Below are positions 37,935-49,550 of a stretch of DNA of 64,000 bases, one piece after another. Location: contig OZ241744.1 of NCBI GenBank assembly GCA_965200965.1, forward strand, positions 3,392,001 through 3,456,000, read 5' to 3'. The translations under genes and the position numbers were made by a program. The stretch's first letter is position 1; every line of letters begins with the position of its first letter. The notes beneath the pieces are model-generated. The model searched no databases. It was not told where the DNA came from and saw nothing but the letters and a program-made list of their open reading frames with translations. The DNA comes from an uncultured Candidatus Binatia bacterium (GTDB lineage Bacteria > Desulfobacterota > Binatia > Bin18).

Positions 37935-40340
37935 ATGCGACTTCCGCTTTTACCCCTGAGGGATATTATCGTTTTTCCGCATATGGTCGTTCCGCTTTTT
38001 GTCGGAAGGCAACGCTCTATCAAGGCCCTTGAGGATGCAGTTGCCGGCGATAAGCTGATTTTTCTGTCCACTCAACGCGACGCTAAGGTCAACGATCCAA
38101 CTCCCCAGGATATCTATCAGGTCGGGACCATGGGAACGGTGGTCCAGCTGTTACGCCTGCCAGACGGAACGGTCAAAGTCCTTGTTGAAGGCAAACAGCG
38201 GGGACAGATCGTTCAACATGTTGATCATCCGGACTTCTTCGCCGTTGATGAAGTGGAGGAGATTCCAGAGACGAATAATCGCCCGGCGGAGTTGGACTCG
38301 CTGGTGAAGAGTGTGAACTCGACATTCGAGAACTATGTCCGGCTCAACAAAAAGATTCCGCCCGAAATGATCATGACCGTGGCGGCGATCAATGACCCCT
38401 CCCGTCTGGCGGACACAATCATTGCCCACCTCGGCATCAAGCTTGAGGATAAGCAGACGCTGCTGGAGACGATTGACCCAGCCGATCGCCTCGAAAAAGT
38501 GCTGGGCTACATGCGCTCTGAGATTGAGATTCTCGAGGTTGAGCGTCGTATTCGCAATCGGGTCAAAAAGCAGATGGAAAAGACCCAGAAGGAATACTAT
38601 CTCAACGAGCAGATGCGGGCGATCCAAAAAGAACTCGGCGAGAAGGACGAGTTCAAAAACGAACTCCAGGAGCTTGAAGAGAAGATTCGCCAGAAAAAGA
38701 TGTCGGCCGAGGCACGGGACAAAATCGAAAAAGAGCTCAAGAAGCTCAAGATGATGTCTCCGATGTCAGCCGAGGCAACGGTTGTCCGCAACTATATTGA
38801 CTGGCTCTTGTCTCTGCCGTGGTACGAATACACCGAGGACAAGCTTGACATTCAAGAAGCCGAGAAGATTCTTGAAGAAGACCACTACGGTCTGGAAAAG
38901 GTCAAAGAACGGATCCTCGAATATCTGGCCGTTCAGAGTCTGGTCGGCCAGATCAAAGGCCCCATCCTGTGTTTTGTGGGTCCTCCCGGAGTTGGGAAAA
39001 CCTCATTGGGCAAGTCGATTGCGCGAGCGACCGATCGGAAGTTTGTCCGCGTCTCGCTCGGCGGAGTCCGCGATGAAGCCGAGATCCGTGGACATCGCCG
39101 GACATATATCGGGGCGATGCCGGGCAAAATTATTCAGGGTATGAAAAAGGCCGGCTCTGGTAATCCTGTCTTTCTGCTGGACGAAATTGATAAGATGTCA
39201 ACCGATTTTCGGGGTGATCCGTCTGCAGCCTTGATGGAAGTACTTGACCCCGAACAGAACGCCGGCTTCAACGATCACTACCTTGATGTGGATTATGATC
39301 TGTCCCAGATCCTCTTTATCTGCACGGCCAACAATCTCGAACGCATTCCCCGTCCTTTACAGGATCGTATGGAAATCATTCGTCTTCCGGGCTACACGGA
39401 ATACGAAAAGCTGCATATTGCCAAACGCTATCTGGTGAAGAAGCAGCGCGACGCCAACGGGCTGACCGAGAAGAATATCGATCTGCCGGACAGCGTGTTG
39501 TCCTCGGTCATACGGTCGTACACCAAAGAGTCGGGGGTCAGAAGTCTTGAGCGCGAAATCGGTACACTGTGCCGCAAGGTTGCGGTTGAGGTGGTCAAGA
39601 AAGACCGGGAGACGCATATTCGGCTGAATACCAAAAACTTGCAGAAATACCTCGGCCCACTGAAGTTCCGCGTGAGCAAAGCGGAGCAGGAAGACAAAGT
39701 GGGAGTGGTGACTGGCCTGGCCTGGACCGATGTTGGCGGCGAGTTGTTGGCGACCGAGGTGACGGTCCTGCCGGGCAAGGGCAAACTCACCATTACGGGG
39801 AAGATTGGGGATGTTATGCAGGAGTCTGCCCAGGCCGCGATGAGCTATGTACGCTCACGCTCAGCCGAGCTTGATCTGGATAAAGATTTCTACCAGAACA
39901 TTGATATCCACCTGCATATTCCTGAGGGCGCAATTCCAAAAGATGGCCCGTCAGCCGGTGTGACGATGGCCACCTCAATTGTGTCCGCCCTGGCAAAGAT
40001 CCCGGTCCGCCACGATGTTGCCATGACTGGAGAGATTACCCTGCGTGGACGGGTCTTACCCATAGGCGGTCTGAAAGAGAAGATTCTGGCCGCCCATCGA
40101 GGCGGGCTTAAGCGGGTCATTATCCCGGCAGAAAATGAAAAAGATCTCCAGGATGTGCCGGCTCCAATTCTGAAAGCGGTTCAGGTTGAAATGGCTGAGC
40201 ACGTTGATGAAGTGCTGCGCAAAGCGCTCGCCCTGAGCGAGCCTGAGCAGTTTCTTATTGCCGGAACCTCGGCCGTTGACCAATCCCTGTATCCGCCAGA
40301 ACCCGATGTCCCACATCCTTCGGAGGTGGTGACTCATTAG
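37935..40340 (+). CDS. lon: Lon protease
   Basis: [22 protein letters not shown] and IGGLKEK motifs. Confidence 0.98.
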   Translation: MRLPLLPLRDIIVFPHMVVPLFVGRQRSIKALEDAVAGDKLIFLSTQRDAKVNDPTPQDIYQVGTMGTVVQLLRLPDGTVKVLVEGKQRGQIVQHVDHPDFFAVDEVEEIPETNNRPAELDSLVKSVNSTFENYVRLNKKIPPEMIMTVAAINDPSRLADTIIAHLGIKLEDKQTLLETIDPADRLEKVLGYMRSEIEILEVERRIRNRVKKQMEKTQKEYYLNEQMRAIQKELGEKDEFKNELQELEEKIRQKKMSAEARDKIEKELKKLKMMSPMSAEATVVRNYIDWLLSLPWYEYTEDKLDIQEAEKILEEDHYGLEKVKERILEYLAVQSLVGQIKGPILCFVGPPGVGKTSLGKSIARATDRKFVRVSLGGVRDEAEIRGHRRTYIGAMPGKIIQGMKKAGSGNPVFLLDEIDKMSTDFRGDPSAALMEVLDPEQNAGFNDHYLDVDYDLSQILFICTANNLERIPRPLQDRMEIIRLPGYTEYEKLHIAKRYLVKKQRDANGLTEKNIDLPDSVLSSVIRSYTKESGVRSLEREIGTLCRKVAVEVVKKDRETHIRLNTKNLQKYLGPLKFRVSKAEQEDKVGVVTGLAWTDVGGELLATEVTVLPGKGKLTITGKIGDVMQESAQAAMSYVRSRSAELDLDKDFYQNIDIHLHIPEGAIPKDGPSAGVTMATSIVSALAKIPVRHDVAMTGEITLRGRVLPIGGLKEKILAAHRGGLKRVIIPAENEKDLQDVPAPILKAVQVEMAEHVDEVLRKALALSEPEQFLIAGTSAVDQSLYPPEPDVPHPSEVVTH

Positions 40341-40461
40341 GCGGGCAGTCGGATCGCAAGGGCTTTGGGGATTGACACGATGGTGTGGCAGTGGTACTGC
40401 TCTCCCCTCCCGGAGAGGAGAGCCTTCGCTCCGCCACACCCGTCCCTCAAGACTCGCTCAA

Positions 40462-40533
40462 GGGCGGTTAGCTCAGTGGAAGAGCATCGGCCTTACAAGC
40501 CGAGGGCCATCCGTTCAAACCGGATACCGCCCA
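40462..40533 (+). tRNA. tRNA-Val(TAC)
   Basis: GGGCGGT/ACCGCCC stem; loop CTTACAA. Confidence 0.93.
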
Positions 40534-40537
40534 GGGT

Positions 40538-40614
40538 GGGGTCGTAGTTCAGCTGGTTAGAACGCCGGCCTGTCACGCCGGAGGTCGCGAGTTCGAGTCT
40601 CGTCGGCCCCGCCA
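40538..40614 (+). tRNA. tRNA-Asp(GTC)
   Basis: GGGGTCG/CGGCCCC stem; loop CTGTCAC; encoded CCA. Confidence 0.95.
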
Positions 40615-40658
40615 CCTCATCTCCACTGTTTATTTACAAAGGACGCCAGGGTGCAAGC

Positions 40659-41099
40659 ATGAAGAAAGAGACCTCCACACGTCCACGAAGAGCCGCTCTG
40701 GCCGCCCGCCGCTGGTATCTTGTTGATGCTGAGGGGCAGAGGGTCGGCCGTCTGGCCAGCGCGATTGTCCAAGTCCTGCGCGGAAAAAACAATCCCGCTT
40801 TTTCTCCCCATATTGATAACGGAGACTTTGTCATTGTCATCAATACCGACCAAGTTCGCTTTTCCGGGAATAAGTGGCAGCAGAAAGTCTATTATCGCCA
40901 TACCGGGTATCCCGGAGGAATCCGCCAAATCTCGGCCGAAGAAATGTTAGCAAAACATCCTGAAGCCATTGTGAAAAAGGCGATTATTGGTATGCTGCCC
41001 AAAAATGCGCACGGCCGAGCGCTCGCCACAAAACTGAAAATTTATGCGGGACCTGATCATCCTCACGCCGCCCAGCAACCAATGCCGTTGGCCGTTTGA
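40659..41099 (+). CDS. rplM: 50S ribosomal protein L13
   Basis: WYLVDA..GRLAS, HTGYPGG and HPHAAQQP motifs. Confidence 0.97.
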   Translation: MKKETSTRPRRAALAARRWYLVDAEGQRVGRLASAIVQVLRGKNNPAFSPHIDNGDFVIVINTDQVRFSGNKWQQKVYYRHTGYPGGIRQISAEEMLAKHPEAIVKKAIIGMLPKNAHGRALATKLKIYAGPDHPHAAQQPMPLAV

Positions 41100-41113
41100 G
41101 GAGAAGCGAAGAC

Positions 41114-41512
41114 ATGGCTGAGCAAAGGACCGAATATTGGGGAACCGGGAAACGCAAGACCGCGGTTGCCCGCGTCCGCCTTTCTCCTGGAGAGGGTAAG
41201 TACACGATTAACCGCCGTGATCTGAATACATATTTTGGGCGGGAAACCGTTCGCATGATTGTGCAGCAACCCCTGACCCTGATTCAGGGGCAGGACAAAT
41301 ACGACATTATCGCCAATGTCAAAGGTGGGGGCAATTCTGCCCAAGCCGCGGCCATTCGGCATGGGATCACCCGCGCCTTGCTGGAGATGAACCCCGATCT
41401 GCGCCCGACTTTGAAGAAGGCCAAGTTCACTACCCGGGATTCCCGCCAAGTCGAACGGAAAAAATACGGAAGACACAAGGCTCGGAAACGGCCGCAATAC
41501 TCCAAACGGTAA
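41114..41512 (+). CDS. rpsI: 30S ribosomal protein S9
   Basis: [12 protein letters not shown] and [17 protein letters not shown] motifs. Confidence 0.97.
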   Translation: MAEQRTEYWGTGKRKTAVARVRLSPGEGKYTINRRDLNTYFGRETVRMIVQQPLTLIQGQDKYDIIANVKGGGNSAQAAAIRHGITRALLEMNPDLRPTLKKAKFTTRDSRQVERKKYGRHKARKRPQYSKR

Positions 41513-41521
41513 AACAGCCTG

Positions 41522-42700
41522 CTAATCAACGCCTAACAGGAGGAAGACTCCATACAGTCCGGCCAATCCATTGGCCAGCCAAGCCGCGAGTTGAGGCGGT
41601 ATTGCGCCGCTGTGCCCGAGAGAGACACTGAGCGCCAAAACGATCCAGTAGCCGAACCCTGTTATGAGGGCCAAGCCCAAGACCGTCGGCAGAGTGTGCT
41701 GTCTGGAACTGGGAATGGTCAGGGCAATGCCAATGAATGTCATCACCAGTGCCGCAAACGGCACGGCGCTTTTGAGGTGTAAATCAACCAGGTACTCGCT
41801 CGTATCAAGTCCTTTTCGCTGGAGGCCGCGAATATACCTGCGGAGTTGCTCTGAAGAGAACTCCTCGGCTTTCATGTCGATCAGTGAAAAGTCTTCTGGT
41901 GTTTCCTGGAACTGGAGATTCAGCCCCTGGAGTTGGGCGTGCTCCTCACCGGTCAACGATGTTTCCTGAACTGCGGTGAGTTGCCACTTGTCTTCCTTCC
42001 ACTCTGCCCTGGCGATTTCGACCAGGGAGCGTACGCGAAAGCGCTGGTCAAGCGTATACATGGTCAGCCCTGAGATAATTTTTTTCTGCGAATCAAAATG
42101 TTCAATATGGTAAAAGGCACCGTCCCCGCGGTACCAGAAGCCATGTTCGTGAAAGAGCCCTTTGAACGGCCGTTGTTTAATTTCAACCGTGTTAATGTAA
42201 CGGGAATGGTGAAAGGCGGCCGGGACGACCCACTCGTTCCAGGCTCTGACGGCCAAGCTCAAAAGACCAGCCGTCAGGAGGAGCGGGAGCGTCATTTGCC
42301 ACGGACTCATGCCACACGCTTTGAGCGCGATCAGCTCACGGTTTTTTGACAGCAAACCGCAGCCAATGAGAGCCCCGGCCAGGGCTGCGGCTGGGGCAGC
42401 CTGGGTCACGAAGAGGGGAATTTTGAACACAAGATAGCGGACAGTTGCTGACACCGAAGCGCCGTACCTGATGAAGTTATCGAGCCGATCAAAAAAATCG
42501 ACCAGCAAGGACAGGCCAAGCAATAAGACCAGGGTGAACAGGAAAAAGCGTAGATACTCAATGCACAGGTAGAAGCTCACAAGACGTGTCAGCCCGAAAT
42601 GGCCAAGGAGTGGGGAGAAGCCGGCCCAAGCGTTTACGGGCGGGCTATCGGCAGCCAGGCTTCTGGTTTTGGGACGGAGCTTCGTTTCCATATCGGACAT
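41522..42700 (-). CDS. lptG: LPS export ABC transporter permease LptG (start uncertain)
   Basis: YjgP/YjgQ architecture; ELIALKACGMS and AAWLAN motifs; follows lptF. Confidence 0.85.
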   Translation of the reverse strand: MSDMETKLRPKTRSLAADSPPVNAWAGFSPLLGHFGLTRLVSFYLCIEYLRFFLFTLVLLLGLSLLVDFFDRLDNFIRYGASVSATVRYLVFKIPLFVTQAAPAAALAGALIGCGLLSKNRELIALKACGMSPWQMTLPLLLTAGLLSLAVRAWNEWVVPAAFHHSRYINTVEIKQRPFKGLFHEHGFWYRGDGAFYHIEHFDSQKKIISGLTMYTLDQRFRVRSLVEIARAEWKEDKWQLTAVQETSLTGEEHAQLQGLNLQFQETPEDFSLIDMKAEEFSSEQLRRYIRGLQRKGLDTSEYLVDLHLKSAVPFAALVMTFIGIALTIPSSRQHTLPTVLGLALITGFGYWIVLALSVSLGHSGAIPPQLAAWLANGLAGLYGVFLLLGVD

Positions 42701-43815
42701 TTGAAAAGGGGCTTTTCCTGCCGGGCGCGCTCAAAGAGGTAGAGGCCGACAATCCCCAGTATGATGTTCGGCAGCCACAGGGCGATGCCCGGTGGAAGGA
42801 CTGCCTTTTTGCCGAGCGCTTCCCCCACGGTGAGCAGCAGATAGTAGGTAAACAAGACCGCCATTGTCAAGGCACAGCCGTGCGAGTGTTGCGCTCCTCT
42901 GATCTGGAGGCTCAGGGGAAGTGCGAGAAAGCTGAAGACCACGCAGGCAAACGGCACGGACAGGCGACGGTGCAGTTCTATCAGGGCGTCATGTTTCTGC
43001 TTTGTGTGGGCTTCGCTTTGGGCGATCGTATTGAGCAGCTGTCCGAACAACATTTCTTTTGGCTTCCACACCGGCTCTTTCACATTGGCCAGGATCGCGC
43101 TGACATTCAGGCTCACATCATAGACAGAAAAATGGGTGGTATGATAGACACGGCCGGGCTGTTCAAAGCTGTGGAGTGAGCCATCCATCAAACGGAATGT
43201 CAGGGTTTCCCGATCCTCTGCGGTCAGAATGGTCCCGCGTTCGGCAAAGATCGTATGCTGGCTCTGGGCGTACCGATTGTCGGCAATCATGATGCCTTCC
43301 AGGTGCGTGCCTGGTGGCCGAACTTCTTCCGCATAAATGACGAGTCCAGCAAAGTCAGTGTTAAACGTTTTCTCTTTCAAGCCAGCCGAGGCGTGGGTTG
43401 TCGCAATCATATGCAGTGCCCGTTTGAGGGCGGCGTTACTCCAGGGGCGGACATAGAGGGTGAGGATAGATGTGATACACAGCAGGACGGCCGCGAATAT
43501 CCAGACGGGAATCACGATCTGAAACAGACTGATCCCACAACTCTTGAGCGCGATCAATTCCCGGTCCGCGGACAGCCGTCCAAGCCCCCATAACAGGGCT
43601 AATAAGAAGGCCATCGGAACGGTGATCTCAAAAAAGGCGGGTAAAATATAGGCGAAAGTTTCGAGCAGTTGGGAAACCGGAACCCCCCGATTTACAACCA
43701 GGTCAACGAGTTTGAGGCTACGAAGGATAAACAGCAGAATGGTAAAAATCAGCAGGCCGATGAGAAATGGGGGCACGACCTCACGAGAGACATAACGAAA
43801 GAGGATGCGGCCCAT
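42634..43815 (-). CDS. lptF: LPS export ABC transporter permease LptF
   Basis: ILFRYVSREV..PF, RLSADRELIALKSCG, ELHRRLSVP and WLPN motifs. Confidence 0.9.
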   Translation of the reverse strand: MGRILFRYVSREVVPPFLIGLLIFTILLFILRSLKLVDLVVNRGVPVSQLLETFAYILPAFFEITVPMAFLLALLWGLGRLSADRELIALKSCGISLFQIVIPVWIFAAVLLCITSILTLYVRPWSNAALKRALHMIATTHASAGLKEKTFNTDFAGLVIYAEEVRPPGTHLEGIMIADNRYAQSQHTIFAERGTILTAEDRETLTFRLMDGSLHSFEQPGRVYHTTHFSVYDVSLNVSAILANVKEPVWKPKEMLFGQLLNTIAQSEAHTKQKHDALIELHRRLSVPFACVVFSFLALPLSLQIRGAQHSHGCALTMAVLFTYYLLLTVGEALGKKAVLPPGIALWLPNIILGIVGLYLFERARQEKPLFKCPIWKRSSVPKPEAWLPIARP

Positions 43816-44566
43816 GACTGTCAATCCTAGAAAAAAAAGGCAGGCTTGTAAACCAAGAACCGTGTATGGGCTTCATCCGGTTCGGGAGTATCTCCGGGCT
43901 GCGCCTGAGACGATGCAGCATATTTTCCTCTCGCCGAATCTGAAGCGATCACTGATCGACACCCTGGCCCGTCAACACGCTATTCCTTTGTCGTATGAAG
44001 CCCCCTCTTTTTTTCATACCTTGGCTCCAGACGGCGGACATCAGGGGGCCGCCGCTCACTTACAGCCTTTTCCCTACACCCCGCTGCCCCACATCCTGGA
44101 GCACCACGCCAACCTGCTCCTGGTACTCGACAGTATTCTTGATCCCCGCAACCTCGGGGCTCTTTTACGCACCGCTGAGGCGGCAGAGGTCGGGGGCGTG
44201 GTGCTCCCCCGGCGGCGGGTCGCTCCTCTTTCTGCCGTTGTTGAAAAAACCGCGGCAGGGGCAAGCGCGTATCTGCCGATCTGCCAGGTCAGCAATCTTG
44301 CTCGCTCGCTGGATGCTATCCAGGCCGCGGGCTATTGGCTGGTTGGACTTGCCCCCGAAGCACCCCAAACCTTGTATGACTTAGGTCCGCAGCGCAATAT
44401 CGCGCTGGTGCTTGGGGGAGAGGAAAAAGGGCTGAGGCGTGTGGTGCGGGCCCGGTGCGATTGTCTGGTTGCGCTTCCCATGCGGGGGGAAATCGGGTCC
44501 TTGAATGTGGCCGTGGCTGGGGCTATTGCCCTGTATGAGATTTTACGCAGAAATCTGACGAAGTAG
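43814..44566 (+). CDS. rlmB: 23S rRNA (G2251-2'-O)-methyltransferase RlmB (SpoU family)
   Basis: VYGLHPV, HQG, LD...DPRNLGA..R, GGEEKGLR and SLNVAVA motifs; start 43805/43814 uncertain. Confidence 0.9.
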   Translation: MTVNPRKKRQACKPRTVYGLHPVREYLRAAPETMQHIFLSPNLKRSLIDTLARQHAIPLSYEAPSFFHTLAPDGGHQGAAAHLQPFPYTPLPHILEHHANLLLVLDSILDPRNLGALLRTAEAAEVGGVVLPRRRVAPLSAVVEKTAAGASAYLPICQVSNLARSLDAIQAAGYWLVGLAPEAPQTLYDLGPQRNIALVLGGEEKGLRRVVRARCDCLVALPMRGEIGSLNVAVAGAIALYEILRRNLTK

Positions 44567-44720
44567 GGCCGCTCTTTCAGGCGGTTTGGAGGCGGTGAGA
44601 TGCCCACCTTGACGCTACTTGACTTGTCCGGGGAAACGGGCTAGGCTGCATCGTCTGTCTGCGAACTGAAATATACCTTCCCGTAGTGGGAGGTTGACGG
44701 CTGGAAAAATACTCTCTACT

Positions 44721-44792
44721 GCTGGCGTAGCTCAACGGTAGAGCAGCTGATTTGTAATCAGCAGGTTGTAGGTTCAAGTCCTATCGCCAGCT
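44721..44792 (+). tRNA. tRNA-Thr(TGT)
   Basis: GCTGGCG/CGCCAGC stem; loop TTTGTAA. Confidence 0.95.
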
Positions 44793-44826
44793 TTCTCCTG
44801 AGTGGCAAGGAGAGTCAATATGGTGC

Positions 44827-44909
44827 GGAGAGGTGCCCGAGCGGCCAAAGGGAGCAGACTGTAAATCTGCCGGCGTATGCCTTCGAAGGTTCGAATCCTT
44901 CCCTCTCCA
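44827..44909 (+). tRNA. tRNA-Tyr(GTA)
   Basis: GGAGAGG/CCTCTCC stem; loop CTGTAAA; long variable arm. Confidence 0.95.
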
Positions 44910-44931
44910 TTCCTCAGGGACGAATCCCAGG

Positions 44932-45008
44932 GCGGGAATAGCTCAGTTGGCTAGAGCGCGAGCCTTCCAAGCTCGGGGTCGCGGGTTCGAGTCCCGTTTC
45001 CCGCTCCA
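44932..45008 (+). tRNA. tRNA-Gly(TCC)
   Basis: GCGGGAA/TTCCCGC stem; loop CTTCCAA; encoded CCA. Confidence 0.95.
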
Positions 45009-45074
45009 TGCGCCTCACAGGATGAGCCGAAGGACTTCCCAGTTGCGCCTGCATGTGCTTACGATCACGCAAGG

Positions 45075-45147
45075 GCCCAGGTAGCTCAGCAGGTAGAGCA
45101 CGTCCTTGGTAAGGACGAGGTCGGCGGTTCAACCCCGCTCCTGGGCT
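45075..45147 (+). tRNA. tRNA-Thr(GGT)
   Basis: GCCCAGG/CCTGGGC stem; loop TTGGTAA; canonical Thr-Tyr-Gly-Thr-tuf arrangement. Confidence 0.95.
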
Positions 45148-45160
45148 GATTTTTTGCTGA

Positions 45161-46394
<1,234 letters not shown>

Positions 46395-46420
46395 ATGTCG
46401 TGGTCACTCCGTGACGATGT

Positions 46421-46495
46421 GGGTCAGTAGCTCGAATTGGATAGAGCACCGGACTCCAAATCCGGGGGTTGCAGGTTCGAAGCCTGCCTGACCCG
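46421..46495 (+). tRNA. tRNA-Trp(CCA)
   Basis: GGGTCAG/CTGACCC stem; loop CTCCAAA; precedes secE. Confidence 0.93.
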
Positions 46496-46567
46496 CTTTC
46501 CCGCTCCCGACGCCGACCGTTTCAGAAAAGTCTCAGCTTATGAGAACAGACAGAGGAGACCGGCAAA

Positions 46568-46777
46568 GTGAGTAGCGCGATACGGGCCGGCTTTGCCACC
46601 GCTCGGGCATTTCTGCAAGAAGCCTGGGCCGAGTTGCAACGGGTGCATTGGCCCGCCCAAAAGGAAGTCCGGGCAGCAACCTGGGTGGTGTTGGTTCTGG
46701 TGAGTATTGTTGCGCTCTACCTGTTCGTTGTTGATGCTTTTCTCGCTTGGCTCTTACGCCTGCTGCTTGGCTATTAA
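46568..46777 (+). CDS. secE: Preprotein translocase subunit SecE
   Basis: ELQRVHWP..KE...T.VV motif plus one TM; between tRNA-Trp and nusG. Confidence 0.92.
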   Translation: MSSAIRAGFATARAFLQEAWAELQRVHWPAQKEVRAATWVVLVLVSIVALYLFVVDAFLAWLLRLLLGY

Positions 46778-46804
46778 GTCTTCATCGGGATGACAGGCTA
46801 CGCT

Positions 46805-47341
46805 ATGGCCAAGCAATGGTACATTGTCCATACCTACTCCGGGTATGAGTGGAAAGCCAAGGCAGCTCTTGAAGAACGCATCCGTACGCTCGGCAAGGAA
46901 GACCTGTTCGGCGATGTCCTGGTTCCCGAAGAGCAGGTGGTTGAGCTTGTCAAAGGCCACAAACGGACCTCGGCCCGCAAGTTTTTTCCCAGCTACATCC
47001 TGGTCCAGATGGAGATGAGTAACGAGACTTGGCATGTTGTCAAATCAACGCCGAAAGTCACCGGCTTTGTCGGAGGCTTTGATCCCCAAACCATCCCCCC
47101 GGTGTCTGAGGCCGAGGTGGCAGCGATTCGGAACCAGGTCCAGGAAGGGGCCCTACGACCAAAGCCCAAGGTTTTGTACGAGGTTGGTGATGGGGTGAAG
47201 GTAGTGGACGGACCTTTTCAGGATTTCACCGGCAAGGTTGAAGAGGTCAAGCCGGGCAAAGGAAAATTGCGGGTGTTGATCAGCATCTTCGGTCGGGCAA
47301 CCCCGGTTGAACTCGACTTGGTACAAGTCGAGAAAACCTGA
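46805..47341 (+). CDS. nusG: Transcription termination/antitermination factor NusG
   Basis: [17 protein letters not shown] and KOW motif VDGPF...[10 protein letters not shown]. Confidence 0.97.
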   Translation: MAKQWYIVHTYSGYEWKAKAALEERIRTLGKEDLFGDVLVPEEQVVELVKGHKRTSARKFFPSYILVQMEMSNETWHVVKSTPKVTGFVGGFDPQTIPPVSEAEVAAIRNQVQEGALRPKPKVLYEVGDGVKVVDGPFQDFTGKVEEVKPGKGKLRVLISIFGRATPVELDLVQVEKT

Positions 47342-47357
47342 AGGAGGCACAGGAGAA

Positions 47358-47783
47358 ATGGCAAAGAAGGTGATGACTGAGGTCAAGTTGCAGATTCCTG
47401 CCGGACAGGCGACTCCCAGTCCGCCGGTTGGACCTGCGCTTGGGCAGCGGGGGGTCAATATCATGGAATTCTGCAAGGCGTTTAACGCCAAGACGCAGGC
47501 TCAACAGGGGCTGATCATTCCTGTTGTGATCACCGTCTATGCAGACCGTTCTTTTTCTTTTATTACCAAGACCCCCCCGGCTTCCGTCCTGATTAAGAAA
47601 GCGATGGGGATTGAAAAGGGTTCCCAGGAGCCGGCCAAGGATATTATCGGGTCAATCTCGCGTGCCCAGATAGAAGAGATCGCAAAGACAAAGATGCCCG
47701 ATCTGAATGCCAGTGATATTGAGGGAGCCCGAAAAATCATTGAAGGAACAGCCCGGAGCATGGGCGTCAGCGTGGTGGACTGA
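47358..47783 (+). CDS. rplK: 50S ribosomal protein L11
   Basis: [24 protein letters not shown] and GTARSMG motifs. Confidence 0.98.
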   Translation: MAKKVMTEVKLQIPAGQATPSPPVGPALGQRGVNIMEFCKAFNAKTQAQQGLIIPVVITVYADRSFSFITKTPPASVLIKKAMGIEKGSQEPAKDIIGSISRAQIEEIAKTKMPDLNASDIEGARKIIEGTARSMGVSVVD

Positions 47784-47784
47784 T

Positions 47785-48486
47785 ATGGCAAAGAAAAGTA
47801 AAGGATACCGGGCCGCGGTCGAGAAAGTTGATCGTGAACAACGCTACCCTTTGGCGCAAGCCGTCGGCATGGTCAAGGGAACCGCCCGGGCGAAATTTGA
47901 CGAAACGGTGGAGATTGCGGTCCGGCTTGGGGTTGACCCGCGCAAGGCCGATCAAAACGTGCGGGGCACGGTGGTGTTGCCGCACGGAACAGGAAAATCC
48001 GTTCGGGTGGCCGTCTTTGCCAAAGGCGACAAAGCCCGCGAGGCCGAAGAGGCGGGTGCCGATGTCGTTGGAGCCGAGGAGTTGGTGGCGCGGATTACCG
48101 ACGAAGGCTGGCTTGAGTTTGACAAGGCGGTGGCTACGCCAGACCTGATGGGTGTGGTTGGCCGGATTGGAAAAATCCTCGGACCCCGGGGCTTGATGCC
48201 CAACCCCAAAGTCGGGACGGTGACTACGGATGTTGCTCAGACCGTTCGTGATCTCAAGGGCGGAAAGGTTGAGTATCGGGTCGATAAAGTTGGCAATGTC
48301 CATATCCCGGTCGGAAAAGCGTCGTTCAGCGAACAACAACTGCTTGAAAATGCCAGTTCGCTGATTGAGGGTTTAGTTCGGGCCAAGCCGGCTTCTGCAC
48401 GGGGGACCTACCTCCAAGGCGTGTGCCTCAGTACCACCATGGGGCCTGGTGTGCGGGTGGAGCCATCAACGGTCCAGCGTGGCTAG
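47785..48486 (+). CDS. rplA: 50S ribosomal protein L1
   Basis: [25 protein letters not shown] and STTMGPG motifs. Confidence 0.98.
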   Translation: MAKKSKGYRAAVEKVDREQRYPLAQAVGMVKGTARAKFDETVEIAVRLGVDPRKADQNVRGTVVLPHGTGKSVRVAVFAKGDKAREAEEAGADVVGAEELVARITDEGWLEFDKAVATPDLMGVVGRIGKILGPRGLMPNPKVGTVTTDVAQTVRDLKGGKVEYRVDKVGNVHIPVGKASFSEQQLLENASSLIEGLVRAKPASARGTYLQGVCLSTTMGPGVRVEPSTVQRG

Positions 48487-48536
48487 CCGTATTCCTCAGA
48501 CCGGCAGGGCACCGACACAAGGGGAGGGCGAGCATT

Positions 48537-49094
48537 ATGGAGCGTTACGAGAAAGAGCAAGCTGTTGCCGACTTACACGGGGTCTTTCAGAATGTCCACA
48601 CCGCGGTGATCGCTGAATACAAGGGCCTCAGCGTTGCCGACTTACACGCGCTGCGATGCGAGTTGAGAGAGGTCGGAGGCGAGTACCGGGTCGCAAAAAA
48701 TACCCTGGTCTCCTTAGCGGTTGAAGGAACTCCGTATCTCTCACTCAGAGAGTTGCTCACAGGCCAAAATGGTCTGGTGCTCGGCTACGGTGAGGCTGTT
48801 GACTTGGCCAGAGCCGTGACGCGCTACGCCAAAGACCATCAGAAGTTTACCGTCAAAGGCGGGGTCACTGAAGGGCAGTTCCTGGACGCCCCCCAGGTTG
48901 AGGCGCTGGCCAGTTTGCCGAGCCGGGACGTATTGCGGGCGCAACTGCTCGGCGTGCTGTCTCAGACCGCCACGCAACTGGTGGGCGTGCTTGCCGCTCC
49001 CGCCTCGCAGCTGGCCCGTGTCCTTGATGCAAGGAGGGCAGAGGGCGACGCTCAAGCCACACCCCCGGCGTCAGCGAATGGAGCGGACGCCTGA
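48537..49094 (+). CDS. rplJ: 50S ribosomal protein L10
   Basis: EYKGLSV, VAKNTL and LASLPSR motifs; position in operon. Confidence 0.95.
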   Translation: MERYEKEQAVADLHGVFQNVHTAVIAEYKGLSVADLHALRCELREVGGEYRVAKNTLVSLAVEGTPYLSLRELLTGQNGLVLGYGEAVDLARAVTRYAKDHQKFTVKGGVTEGQFLDAPQVEALASLPSRDVLRAQLLGVLSQTATQLVGVLAAPASQLARVLDARRAEGDAQATPPASANGADA

Positions 49095-49127
49095 GGGTGA
49101 TACAGACAACGGAGAAAGGAGAAACGC

Positions 49128-49520
49128 ATGGCTCTCAGCGCCGAAAAGATGGAAGAGCTTGTCTCAACCCTGTCTGATTTGACCATTCTCGAGGTCTCGG
49201 ATTTGGTCAAACATCTGGAGGAAAAATGGGGGGTGAGTGCAGCCGCCCCGGTTGTTGTGGCGGGTGGTAGTGCGCCGGCTGGCGATGCGCCGGCCGAGGC
49301 TGAAGAGAAGGACGAGTTTGATGTTGTTCTGACCGGCCCTGGCGAAAAGAAGATCCAGGTTATCAAAGCCGTCCGGGAAATCACCGGTCTCGGGCTGAAA
49401 GAGGCCAAAGAACTGGTTGATAACGCGCCCAAGCCGATCAAGGAAGGGATTACAAAGGCCGAAGCCGAAGAACTCCAGAAAAAGCTTGAAGAAGCCGGGG
49501 GATTGGTGGAACTGACATAA
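49128..49520 (+). CDS. rplL: 50S ribosomal protein L7/L12
   Basis: [10 protein letters not shown] and [20 protein letters not shown] motifs. Confidence 0.98.
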   Translation: MALSAEKMEELVSTLSDLTILEVSDLVKHLEEKWGVSAAAPVVVAGGSAPAGDAPAEAEEKDEFDVVLTGPGEKKIQVIKAVREITGLGLKEAKELVDNAPKPIKEGITKAEAEELQKKLEEAGGLVELT

Positions 49521-49550
49521 GGGCGTCTGCGCCAAAGGAGAAAAGGGGAG

